NCBI GenBank assembly: GCA_973851085.1
Contig: OZ316776.1
Span: 4,712,001-4,776,000, forward strand
DNA length: 64,000 bases
Direction of reading: 5' to 3'
Source: Ptychomitrium polyphyllum
Taxonomy: Eukaryota
The notes under the pieces were generated by a model. That model had not been told where the DNA came from and searched no databases. It saw nothing but the letters and a program-made list of their open reading frames with translations. Positions within the stretch are counted from its first letter, which is position 1; each line of letters opens with the position of its first letter. Both the position numbers and the translations under genes were made by a program. Below are positions 1 through 12,275 of the stretch, one piece after another.

Positions 1-2103
1 CTCAATGGCACGCACAACCTCCGTCAGGTCAGTCAGGGATCTTTGAATTTGAACATCTCTAGTGATTCTTCCATTTTATTTTGTTTCGTTTATGTTCGAT
101 GTCCGTTATGAGATTTGCTCTTGAGAAATTATGCTATTCATAATGCATCATGATGACATTGTGAGGTATCTTGTATGTGGGTTACAGACGGTGCTGACAT
201 CTATGGTTGTAGCGTGGGGCCTTCGATTGTCAACCTTTCTTCTTTTACGGTACAAAAGCTTCACTCTGTTCCGATGTGAGTTTGGACATTACGTAGACAT
301 GATTGTATTGTTCACATTCTGATAATCTTACCTATCGTAGAGAGTTATATCATCCTCTTGGACTGACCCTGGATTGAGAACTTTATTCTCTAGTGACATG
401 TTGATTGTGTTTTGAGATGCCAGTTTGTCATTGGTTGGACGTCATCTGTGTGATGTTTGAGAGCATTTGCAGTTTCACACACGGTTTTGTTTAATCTTTT
501 GTGCACTATTCTTGATGTATATGTATGTATACGCTTTGGACGAAGAAACGGATTTTCTTAAAGAGCACTTACCTTGAGTCTCAATAAGAGCTTCTATTGC
601 TGGACCTGTTATTTGCACCTTATATCGGACTATGCAGAAGATCCTAATCTTTGAGCCAGTTGAAACTCAACTTTTACATACTCTTACTTTGGAGGCAGGA
701 TACTAGAATGGGGTGAGGATAATCGCATGGACGACAAGCGAGGCAATATTCCTAGATTTGCTGTATTTTGGACTCTCCAGGTATCATTCTCTCCAATTCA
801 GACCTTTCAAGTTTATATCACTAGGCTTCGGAAGTTCAGCTACAGTTCACCGTACCAACCCGCCCCTGTTTAATCTTGTTATGAGTGGCTCTTCCGTCTA
901 ATACTTTGAGGTGTTTTGATGTCAGGGCGTATGGGTGTGGACTGTGTCTCTCCCAGTTACTATTGTGAACGGAATAGTTACTCGAAATCCTGGAATTCAA
1001 ACCGCTGATGTGTTGGGTTGGGTTATGTGGAGCATCGGTGTGACCATTGAAGCAGTTGCTGATCAGCAGAAGCTTCGACTAAAAAGAGATCCAGCGTCCC
1101 AGCGTAGATGGTGCGATGTTGGTGTGTGGAAGTGGTCGCGGCACCCGAACTACTTTGGAGAGGTATGCAGATGCATTACTGTAGGTGCATGCAGGTGTGG
1201 TACGAATCTGTGAGGTTTCATCATGGAATATTGTTTCCGTGATGGTTTGCAGTTGAGTAGTTTCAGTAATTGTTAAGGTTGTCCATTGATATCAGTTTGA
1301 GGCACCATTTTGTGTCATTCAGGTCCTTCTAATTTTTGGTGAAGCCGTCTTGTACTAGTTTTTTTCAATGTTCCTGGTAATATTAGTTGTTTGACTTTCA
1401 TTCTATTGCGAGACAGATCTTCCTGTGGTGTGGAGTCTTTGTAGCTTCTACGCCAGTGCTGAACGGTGGCCAATGGGGAGCTATCGCTAGTCCAATCTTG
1501 ATCACTCTCCTCCTCCTCTTTGTCAGCGGCATTCCACTACTCGAGGTTTCTACACGCTTACTTAAATCAACTTAGAAGCGCAAATGGAAAAAATGCACAC
1601 TTTTCTATTTAACGTTTACTACTTGATCTTGGTAAGAAGCAAGCTCAAATTTATTGCTTGGGTTGAAGCAGGCATCAGCTGATAAGAAGCACGGAAGCAA
1701 TCCAGCTTATCGGGCCTATAAAAATAGAACGAGGTACTGTACATGGAGCTCCTTGTATTGCTTGTCTGGGTTGTGCATCAGAGAACCACCGATAGTGAGG
1801 ATAAGTTTTCTCGTTGTAAGTTTGTCAGTTGGATTAGCATTGTGAAAGAATTCTGAGTAATCTGCAAGTCCAGTGCCGACCTGCCAAGCTTTTCTTATTT
1901 CTCTGTCTGAAAGTAAAGCGGATGTCCTCTTTACTCATACATTGACGACTACTATTCTACATTGTGACAGCCCTCTCATTCCGCTTCCGCCTGCTCTTTA
2001 TGGAAGTCTTCCGAAGTGGTTGAAGTCTGCGTTTCTCTTTGAGTTCCCTTTGTATAATAAGAAGCTGGCTGCAGGTGAGGAGTGCCTGGAACCTCTGAGC
2101 TGA
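1..2103 (+). CDS. DUF1295 / steroid 5-alpha-reductase-like membrane protein (5' part lies outside the window)
   Basis: Exons 1-27, 188-249, 699-780, 926-1162, 1417-1545, 1672-1733, 1971-2103, all GT-AG, splice in frame to ...WGLRL..FLLLRILEWGEDNRMDD...WVWTVSLP...IEAVADQQK...WCDVGVWKWSRHPNYFGE...LLFVSGIPLLEASADKKHG...SPLIPLP. The SRHPNYFGE motif is typical of this family. An alternative C-terminus is possible (see findings). Confidence 0.9.
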
Positions 2104-4328
2104 TTTTTAGACAATTCTTGTTACTTCTCTTGTTTAATAAATTTATTTAATGAGTGCAGTGATTCCTTTCACCGCCCTCAAGGTTAGTCTTCCACTGCTC
2201 TAAAGGTTGTCTACATAGAGCTGTCAGATCACGAACAGCAATCAAAAGATACCACACAGAAACAGCTCGATGTAGACAACCTTAGGTATGTGTAATATGC
2301 GGCCATGAAATTCTTTATATCCGGTTCTGAGCATCTTGTTTTCCATTTCCATGGTGAAGTTTGTACTTAAACGACGAAATACTTTTGTGAACCGTGACAG
2401 ATTAGGAGATCAGTACACGTATGGACCTCGTCGTGGGAGGTTTACATTACGTGATATAGGTTTTGTTAACTTGCTGAACATAGTCTACATTTCAAGACCA
2501 TAAGAATAGCAGGTACAAATGCGTCAGTCAAAACGATGAGGCGAGATTCATTTGAAGCATCAGTGTTTATTTCCTCTGTAAGTCTCCTACTATAGTTGAT
2601 ATCAATATTGATTTCAATATTTGCCTACTATACATAATTCTACACTGTCTGCATGGAAGACATAACTCAGATGTTTGACATGTCTCATCTGCTTTCTCAT
2701 TCTTCATATGCTTTGAATATTCCGATAATACACATGGGTTTTGATTCTTTAATTTCTGTCTTGTTATCTCAGATGTCTTATTTTATTTTTGAGAGTAGAT
2801 GTACTGTTGAGACTATACGATCTTCCTTTACTATGTACTGTACTTCAATTGATTGGGGAACTCTTGTGTATATTTTCTTTTTATTTCATGATTAGAACAT
2901 ACATGAACTATCACATCGGTGCAGACATTTGCAATGCAGCACACTATAGTCGAAGGCATGAACCGTCTCCTTTGAGGTGTTGATGACTTGTTTTCTTTCT
3001 ATTGCTTCTATGAAATGCCTAGAACTTATCCAGCAGTGGCACAGCTTCTTGTAAATTTGTTGGTCAAACTTATGTCTTCCAATATTTTGTATTCACTGTA
3101 AAGGAAAAATATCAGAATCCAAACATGTTACCGTAACTTACACTTCCCCACCTTTACCCTTTGTGGATAGAGCATGGAAAATTCGCTGTCAATCCTGTCA
3201 GCGCACCATTCCAAAGGATGGTGTGCCATTGCTGGTAGAACCAAGTTGGTTCGGAAATCTAGAAAACGTCCACCAAAAGTATTCAACTCGAAGGGTAAAT
3301 GTTTTGTGTACTCTCCCAATCCACAACAGACTGCCTTACTTTGATCTTAGCTAGATTTCTGCAAGCTAGCCGCAAGGAGCTTGTGCAATGCGTTTACAAG
3401 ACCCCCACACAACCGATCGCCACAATTGTAGTGTACTGCAGATCACGGTACCAATTTTTTAAAATGAGACTCCAAATGATGAAGTATCACGTCACTTTAG
3501 TTATGGTGGGACACGTATTACCGAAAAGCTCATTGAAAACACGAAGTTTCATTTGTTTCAATATTTAAAGTGAAAATACCTACTGCTTCCCAGTATTGCA
3601 AAGCCAGAGCCAACTTTCGTCTTCCTTCTTGACGTGAGATGCACTACCGTATAACTGAGGTCACAGAACTTAGAGGAATCTTTGGGTAAAGGTGTAACGC
3701 AATTAGAGAGACTCGGTAAACATGGAGCCTTTGCTGGTCAATAAACTGTGGCATGCCAAAATATGGATAAAAAATCATTCTCACAGAGTCAATGATAGCA
3801 CTTCGTCACAAGCAGCCGTGCAATGCTCACATCTTTTGAATATTTCTCCCTCCGAAGCAGGGATTCATTAAGATGCCGATTTGTTCACTGCTTCTACTTT
3901 GATTGGGCCATCAACATGCATCATCACTCTCCATCCGCATTCATCCAACCACAACACACCCCATCTACCAAACTATGCTCCTCCATCTAATTCGATAATA
4001 GAATCATCCTCCAAAATCTACTCCTTATAATTCCTATTTAGTGTACAGTGCAGAATTATATATCAAGGATAGATCTTTGTTCCAGAGTCTAGACAATTTG
4101 AAGATGTGGCCACAAGTGCGGCGGAGTTTTCTAGTTTCGTTGCACAAAAACCTTGCTCCCGTGACGTTGTTCATGTTGCATGTGCCTGCCCGTACCATTC
4201 GAGCGCTGGTTGAGCGCACCCAGCTTCGATTACGAACTCACTTGCGAGTCAGCTTGCACAGGAGCAGGAAGTGTCAGGGCTCTCTTTTTGCTTTTCAGTG
4301 CAGTAGTTGGGTTGAGTTTTGGGTTGCG

Positions 4329-5626
4329 ATGGCGAACGCAGAGAAGAAGGTCTTCTCGTTGGAAGAGGTGTCGGGGCACAACCACTCCAGGGATTGCTGG
4401 CTTGTTATCGGCGGAAAGGTGAGCTGCGGGCAGGTTCTTTTGCTGCTGTTTGTGTGAGTTATTTGGGATGGCGATGACAAGATCTGGAAGCGATCTTGTA
4501 AGGCTGAGTGGGATCGTTGGACGATTTTGCGGTTTGTTGTGGTTTTGGGTTTTTTGGCTCGATAGGGTTGAGTTTTGCGGGTTTTGTGAGGTTATCGATA
4601 TCTCATCTGCATAGGGATTGATGCCCTTTTCTTGTGTTTTTTCTGTGAATGAGAATAAATTTGAAGTGACAGGCGAAGAAGGCTTGTTTTGTGTGCACAT
4701 GCTTTGGTTTTATTCATTGCGTTGCTCAGTAGCAGCAGTAGTAGGTCAATGCTTGAGTATCTTTGCTGAAAGAGATGGTGGTTGAAAGAAATGATTTTGC
4801 TAAACCTGGTGTCCACTCCTCTTCAGCTAGTTTAGGTCAATCTTTGGCTGTTGGATTTAGGTCGGTAATCAATTAGTTTATGAGGCCTGGAGAGTGACAG
4901 CTAGTTCTGCTTTGATGTTCACTGATGATGCATGAAGAGCGACTGTGAGTGTGATGCGAGTGATGGTAGCCTTTGTGCAATTCATTGAAGGCGTTGCATT
5001 TTTTCATTGCCGCAGGTGTATGACGTAACCAAGTTTCTTGAAGAGCACCCAGGAGGTGATGAGGTTCTGCTATCAGCTACTGGTATGTTTTTGTTAGTCC
5101 GTCACCGCATGTTTTATGAGTTAGGTTGGTGCTTTCTTTCTTGGAAATATTTGTACAGAATGGATATAAAACATATGGAGTGCACCTGGTCTGCATGGGT
5201 GTTTTCTGCAAGTGATGATGCCTTTATAACAAATAAGGAGGGAATGTGAAGAAAATTTGTGTCGGTAGTGTGTGGTAAAGAGTGTAGCACGCAGTGGTAT
5301 GCAGCATGATGCAAGTAGTGGTATGGAGCCGATTATAATATCATCTACTATGGATTCCAGGGAAGGATGCCACCGACGACTTCGAGGATGTTGGTCATAG
5401 CACCAGTGCAAGAGGCATGATGGACGAATACTACGTTGGTGATATCGACCTTTCCACAATTCCCTCTAAGCCCACCTACACGCCCGCCAAGCAACCTGCA
5501 TACAACCCTGACAAGAGCTCTGAATTCCTTATCAAGATACTGCAGTTTGTTGTACCTCTTGCCATTCTTGCACTGGCAGTGGCTGTGCGGTTTTTGACAA
5601 AGAATCAAGATGTCAATAACAAGTAA
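4329..5626 (+). CDS. CB5: Cytochrome b5, tail-anchored, ~140 aa
   Basis: Exons 4329-4418, 5016-5082, 5361-5626 give [27 protein letters not shown]...GKDATDDFEDVGHS (HPGG and GHS heme-ligand His motifs) and a C-terminal hydrophobic anchor FLIKILQFVVPLAILALAVAVRFL. Confidence 0.97.
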
Positions 5627-8600
5627 AAGACATTCATGCTTTCGCTCGTTAGTTTGTCCATTACATTATTGCCGGCTGTGGATTCATTTGGTGCTACGTG
5701 TTTACATATGAAACAAGACCAGAAGTTCCCTTCTGATGTAGGGTGAAAGACGTAGATATCGGATACAGATACAGCAGTTTACTACTCATCATGTAGGGTT
5801 GTAGTAATCAAAAACTGCATGGAGGGGTACGGATGTGACTTGCAGGTGGATACACATTTTCTTCCATTTGTAGTACAATAATCAGATACTTTTTGGCTGA
5901 CCATGTCAAATGATGGTTCAGTACAGTATGCCTCTGTATTATATGAGTACTGGTTCCTGAAGAGTAGTGCGTGGGCTCTGGGCATGAGCTTTTCACTGCA
6001 ACATTCTCCACGTACCGAACTTGCCTTTTATATTGTCGGGCAGCTTTCTGGCTTTGTAGGCACAGAGTATATCAACCAGCCTTGGTGAGTATGTCAACTT
6101 TAGCATGAGATTTCTGCTTCACGGTTTAAAAGACTGCACCAATGGAGCACCGTGTGTGAAGTGGTTCTCTTGAGTTAGGCGAACAGTCTCTGACGCCACG
6201 CTGCCAGGCTGGCGCGCCACGCGTCAGAGACGGACTTGTCGATTGTAACTCGGAATGGCCTGACTGGTGAGGATTCTCTCAACAACTGGATTGGATGCCA
6301 TCTTTCTCTGGAAGCGTTTAACAATAGAACATGTTTCACAAATTAAATGCATAAAATTGTATGGGAAACTATTAAAAATGTGTTTTTAGACGTCTTTTAG
6401 GTCACAATAGTTGGTAGGAATTTTATGTATATGTTTCATTCATGTTGTGGCATTAATGGAACTTTTCAAAAGCTCCAGAAAATGTTTTCGTTAACCATGT
6501 CTTCCATATTCATATTATGTATTAAACATTAAACGTGTTATTATGTACTTAAATAATTCAACGAAGGAAAATAAAGAAAAGGATAAAATAAAGAGCAATA
6601 AAATCTACACAGTTTGAAGGTTTTAGGTGAATGTTGAGAAACAACTTGATCCGTAACAATCCAGGGTATTAGCTTACTCCTTTGTTTCATTGGCCAATTC
6701 TTACACATAGTCCTCTCTCTTTTTGTTTTTGTTTTCTCTGTACATTCACTTCCAAATAAAACCCTTAGTGTGAACAGACCTAATGGGAACGACAAGGAAG
6801 ATATGCCCCTCTACACCCAACTGGTCGCCCAGCCTGACAACCATTCACTCCACTCCCCACACAAGTCGGTCCGTTCCACCAACCTCTTTTAAAGTTTTCC
6901 CGCCAGACGAGCCTTCGAAACTTCCCTGAACGCACAGCGGAACCACGCATCCGTTTCTCACGGAGGCTCTTCCGTCGCTGGACGCTTCCACTTCGAAACC
7001 CTTGACCATGTTGCTTCTGAGTACAGTGGCGGTTAGTGTTACCGATATCCAATATTTCAATTCATGGAATCTATAAAAGACGTAACAAAGTTCCAGTTGC
7101 AGATACAGTCATGGTCTGTCACAGCACACGATTGCAACATTTTAAAGTAGTCTGTAGAGTTTCGGAATGTAAATGATCACCACCCGTAGATGGTTTGCGC
7201 CATACATCCTTTAGTTAGTCAGAGTGGTGGTAATCGTCGAACGACGCTGATACTCCCCGCCATCGACGATCGACGAGGCTTCATACCACGCTGAACGCTT
7301 CGGAAGCATCCAATTGCTTCCACTTAGGCGCCGTCTCCCTCGCGGTGACAAGAGACCCTCGACAGACTTCCACTGCAGTTACGTTCTGACCCGTCTCCAC
7401 ATACCCGAACAAGTAACACTCCGGGTACGATGCCCGAGCATCACACGAGTATCAAATTGCATGACCAGAGCATCGGCCACTTATTACCCACGCATCAACC
7501 GAGTATCATCCTAATATTATCCAGTTATAGATCGAGGTGTAGAAGTAGTGAATGCTTCTCGTTGCTGCAAACTTAGACCGGTGGTGTAGAAGTGCGTGTG
7601 GAGATGTGCTTTAGGTTTGCGAGCATCTCCGCTGCGGATTGTTTGTCAATGGCTGTGCAAGTTTCGGCGCTTGTCTGTTGCGAGCAGGGCCGCAGGGAGG
7701 TGCCTTGTTTTCCTCTGCTGCCGTCGGTGAGAATGCCGACGTCGCATTTATCTCGCCTTTGGAATTCCTCGTTCCGTTCTGGATCCCGATTTGATTGCTC
7801 GGCGTTATCGGGATCCTTTTCTGATGTTTTTGATTCTATGAGTGTTAGGGTTTGTCGTTTTGCGGTGAGTGAGTGGATAGGTAGGAGGGAGGCAGATTTT
7901 TGAGACGAGGAAGAGTCGTTTCAGTGGCGTCTTGGAGCTATTGATCTCTGGTTTAAAATCAAGCATCTCATGTCATGTTTTTGTTTTTGCTTTCTCTGGT
8001 TTCGTACGCATGTATGATTATTGTTTTTACGATGATTATTGTTTTTACGAGCAATGGCGGCGTTGACTTCGGTTTTGATGACTTTGCTTACGCAGCGATG
8101 TTTGGCTGGCCTGGCGTTGAGGATTGGCAGTTAGTGTTTGTTTTCTCGTGGCGCTGGTGAATGGTGAATGGTGGCGGAGGCGGAGGTGGAGGCTGGAGCA
8201 TGAAGGCGGTGCTGGAGGTTCGGTGCGCGCGGTTCGCTTCAATGTTAGATCGTATAAGCGTCTTACGGTACGTGTTGTGGATTGAACGTGTTGTTGGTTC
8301 GGGTGTGGTGCGTACTTAAGAGTGCTGAGGGGAAATGTGAAGGACGCGAGCGTGTGGTGATCATTGAGTGGCACAATAGGCTTGTTTCAGAATTTGCAAG
8401 ACTGTTATGGAGTTCTTAGCAAATGAGCATAGGTTTTCGTTAGGAGTGAAACCAGATCCGAGGTCTGTGTCGAGGTGTGTTAAGGCTGAATTTTGGCATA
8501 CTCAGAATTTATGATTATAGTCATGCCTCCTTTCCTCTCTCTTACACCATGAGAAGATAAGGATTATTCGGTCATTCACTTTATTTGACGGTAATCTAAT

Positions 8601-9097
8601 CGCAAAGGTAAATAAAATTTGAAATCGTGGATCGTACTTAAGAGCTCAGAGAATTCATGATTGCTACGTTGATGAATGAGCTGTAGAGAACTAGCGCATA
8701 GCTGGATTTGTTCCTTACTCTGTCCTGTGCTACTAAAAAGTTTGTTTGTTTCGTTTGTTTCGAAACATTTCGTGAACTTTGATTTTTTCACGCAGTCCTG
8801 GTAGTCATTTGATATTATTTTGGTACTCCATTTCCTAATTGCAATGATTTGTATTACGTGGAGGGTCTGCAACGGATTTGTATGGGTATGTAAGAATTCG
8901 CCACCGTAGCCAGGTGGCACAGTTCGTAACGCCAAAGTTTGGCAATTCTTGTTGTTGAGCGATGAATAAAGTTTGAATGTCTATCGGCTGTGCTCTGCAG
9001 CAAAGTTTGTCCTTCGGTTTAAGGGTAGAAAATTCCATGGCTGAACTGCTTCCTCTTCCACGACTACCTTCATAGCCCTGCTTTGACGAATGCCAGC

Positions 9098-12000
9098 ATG
9101 GTGATGGAGCCTTCCTTGCCAACGGTGTTGCCGGCCCGCAATGAGGGTAGGCCGGCGATTCCTGCAAGAGATAGCAAAAATGCAAATCCGGCTTCGTCAA
9201 TTAAGCTACTCAAACCTACTACCAAGCCAGCTGTCATCAAGAGACCATCGGACCTGGCCTCTAAATCTGCTCCACAGACCCAAGCAAAGGCCGAACCTGG
9301 CCGAAGAAGTGTTACCAAATTACCGCTGCATGCCTCTGAAAAGGCTCAACCTGGCGGTTCGGAGAGACCTAGAAAGAGCACCACAGAAAAGCAGAAAAGG
9401 ACTTCCACAATAGATAGTAGGAACAAGGAAAAGCAAGAAATGGAGGCTCTTGTGAGAAAGTTATCGACTCCAAATCTTGGTGCTCATCGTCCACCAGCGA
9501 TACAAGTGCCGGAAAAGGCTGGAGCAAAAATCCTCACGAGGGTTGATGGCAAGTCCTCGGACGCAAAACCATTGCCTGCACAAAGTGAGCCAAAAGAGTT
9601 GGCTCCTCCTCAGGAATCTGTAAGCCCGAGGCTGGAAGTTTCCAATAATTTCGAATCCCAATCTTTGAGTCAAGAAATTCCGGCCGCGCGGAAAAGCAGG
9701 ACTACGACTCCCGTTAGACGATCTAGCAGTGCAAGCGATGCTGAAAGTGAGGATGTCTACACAAATGGGCCGTTAACACCATCTAGAATCATGCCTTTGA
9801 TGCCTGTAGCTGCAATTGATGCAATGATGAACGACGAATCACTGGGTTCCAATGCACATCTTGGTCCTTATCTTATCAAGCTGACAAAGTTGTATTCTAT
9901 GGAAGAAGATCAATCCAAAGCCATTGAGTACGGCATTAGAGCAGTTAAATTCTACGAGAAGCGGACTGACAATGGGCAACCTAGCTTGGAATTCATTGCC
10001 AGCCTTCAGATATTGGCAGCATTGTATGGTAGGCTGGGCAACTTTGATGAAGCCATCCCTCTTCTCGAGCGGTCAGTAGTTATCCCTGTAAGAGGGGAAA
10101 GCGAGGATCATGCGTTGGCTAAGTTCTCTGGTCACATGCAGCTTGGGGATTCCTTTAATCTGCTTGGAAAACAAAGTGCTGCATTGGACTCCTACCATCG
10201 CGCCCTTAGGGTGCAGAAGGCAATGCTTGGAGACTTGGATCCTCGAGTTGGTGAAACATGTCACTACATTGCTGAAGCTCACTTGCAGGTTAGTCGATCC
10301 CTCGAAGGTAGTTCTTTGAGGGTTGTCGGTAAGTTTTTGGTTTGTAGACATTTGTTCAATATCCATGTTAAGAAGCGAATGTTCGTAACAACTGTGAATC
10401 TTTCCTGCAGGCATTGGATTTTGATAAAGCCGAGTCGTTGTGTGAGCATGCACTTTCCATTCACAAAGAGCATTGTGAGGAAGGTTCCTTGGAAGAAGCA
10501 GCAGATCGGCGTCTTCTGGCGCTAGTTTTGAGTGCAAAGGGGGAGCATGAAAAAGCACTTGAGAACTTGATGCTTGCTTCGACAACCTTACAAGCAAACA
10601 ATTTGGAGGTATATAAGTAAATTCTTTACTACTGAAACGCAGTAAGATTATGACAGATAATTCTTCCAGTGAGTTGTTATAGTCAGCATTGTCTCTGTTC
10701 TTCTGAAATTCCAGGGAGAAATTATCAGGTCCTACATGCGTCTCAGGTGACGAAGGACTGGCTTCGATCATGTGATTGGAATAGTTTTTGCTATACAATA
10801 CAGATTTTGTTCACTGCCATAGAGTTATCAGACCTACAATTCTGCATTTTTCAATAATTCAGTTCCGATCTCGATTAGACATCATCAGCAAAGGCCTCGA
10901 CTTCTCAGATATACATTCAGTGCTTAGTTCGAATTATTATTGCTTTTGGGCGCACATTATATGCTTGCACGCCATTCATACTCACTGTGTTTTCTTCTTT
11001 TCGGAGTCCAGCTCGATACAGCAGCAGTAAATCTAAGTATCGGTGACGAACTACTTGCTCTCGGTCGAGATTCTGAGTCAGTAAATGCTTACCAGAAGGC
11101 TATCTTGATGTTCAAGGCTCTTAAAGGAGACAACCACATACTCGTTGCTGGTTGTTATGTTAGCCTTGCTGAGCTTTATATGAAGACCAACAAGCTTCGA
11201 GAGGCCAAGTCATTCTGTGAAAATGCTTTGCATATCTATGGAAAGCAGGGATCCGGCCATAATCCCAATGATGTTGCAAGCGGACTTGCTGATGTGGCAG
11301 CCGTTTATGAGCAAATGAATGAGAAAGACACAGCAATTCTGCTCCTTCAGCGAGCACTTACCATCCAGGAATCTCTTTCAGGTTGAACTCTAATTTTCCA
11401 GTAACATCTTCATGAAATCTCTTGGAAGGTAGTATCCTTTTAATTGAGCTGTATCTTTTCAATTGATATACTTGATAACCTTTATTGTACCTCTAATCAT
11501 GTAAATCTATTTACAGGTCAGCAAGCTGCAATGGGTGGTATTGAAGCTCAAATGGGAATTTTGTACTACATGATGGAGAAGTTTGTGCCTGCATTGGACG
11601 CCTTCAAGAGTGCAACTTGCAAGCTAAGAGATGGGGGTTTAGAAAAGACGCCGCTATTGGGGATGCTCTTGAACCAAATGGGCATCACATGTGTGGAGAT
11701 TGGTGATATCGAGCAGGCTGCGGAGTTATTTGAAAACTCCCGGAGTATATTGGAGGACACCTATGGTCCTAGTCACCTAGATACTCTGGATGTGTGCACC
11801 AACCTTGCTGGCAGCTATGATGCACTCGGAAGGTGAGATATATTTCTATCCCGTGCTATCATCCTCTTACCAGATGCTTCTTTTTGACACTCTTTCTTGT
11901 GAGCACCTAGGTTAGCTTCCAGGGAAGTTTTGAGTGCCTGGCATTCTTATTTCTACAGTCAACTTTGTGTTGATAATTATAAATTTTGATAAGCTAGAGA

Positions 12001-12275
12001 CTGATTCTTAATCCTTATCAGCTCATAAATCAACTTTTTATGTTAGATGCATGACGGTGCAACTTCCTCGGTGCAGATTGGATGAGGCCACTCAACTTTT
12101 GGAAGATGTACTGCAAGCAAAGGAGGATAAGCTGGGCACAGTCCACCCAGATGTACACGATGATCGTGAACGGCTACAAGAGCTTCTTAAGGATGTGGGG
12201 CGGACTTACACACCTAAGTCGCGCAGACTTGAAGAATTGCTCTTAACTGCTAGAAAAGAGAACCGTAAAAGGTGA
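9098..12275 (+). CDS. KLCR: Kinesin light chain-related TPR protein (KLCR/CMU-like), ~757 aa
   Basis: Exons 9098-10288, 10411-10608, 11012-11381, 11517-11832, 12077-12275 splice in frame. A long low-complexity Ser/Pro/Lys N-terminus is followed by LGPYLIKL, HALAKFSGHMQLGD, DPRVGETCHYIAEAHLQ, SLEEAADRRLLAL, IEAQMGILYYM, NLAGSYDALGR and EDKLGTVHPDV, which I recognise as plant KLCR/CMU TPR-repeat motifs. Start codon uncertain (9098 or 9104). Confidence 0.88.

Noticed and set aside
6762..6783. Tourist/Harbinger-like terminus GTGTGAACAGACC-TAA
   Set aside because: I found no matching opposite terminus nearby.
11432..11441. GTATCCTTTT, a match to the U12 5' splice site, in a KLCR intron
   Set aside because: Using it would include an in-frame TGA, and no TCCTTAAC-type branch site precedes the acceptor. 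The U2 donor at 11382 preserves the frame.
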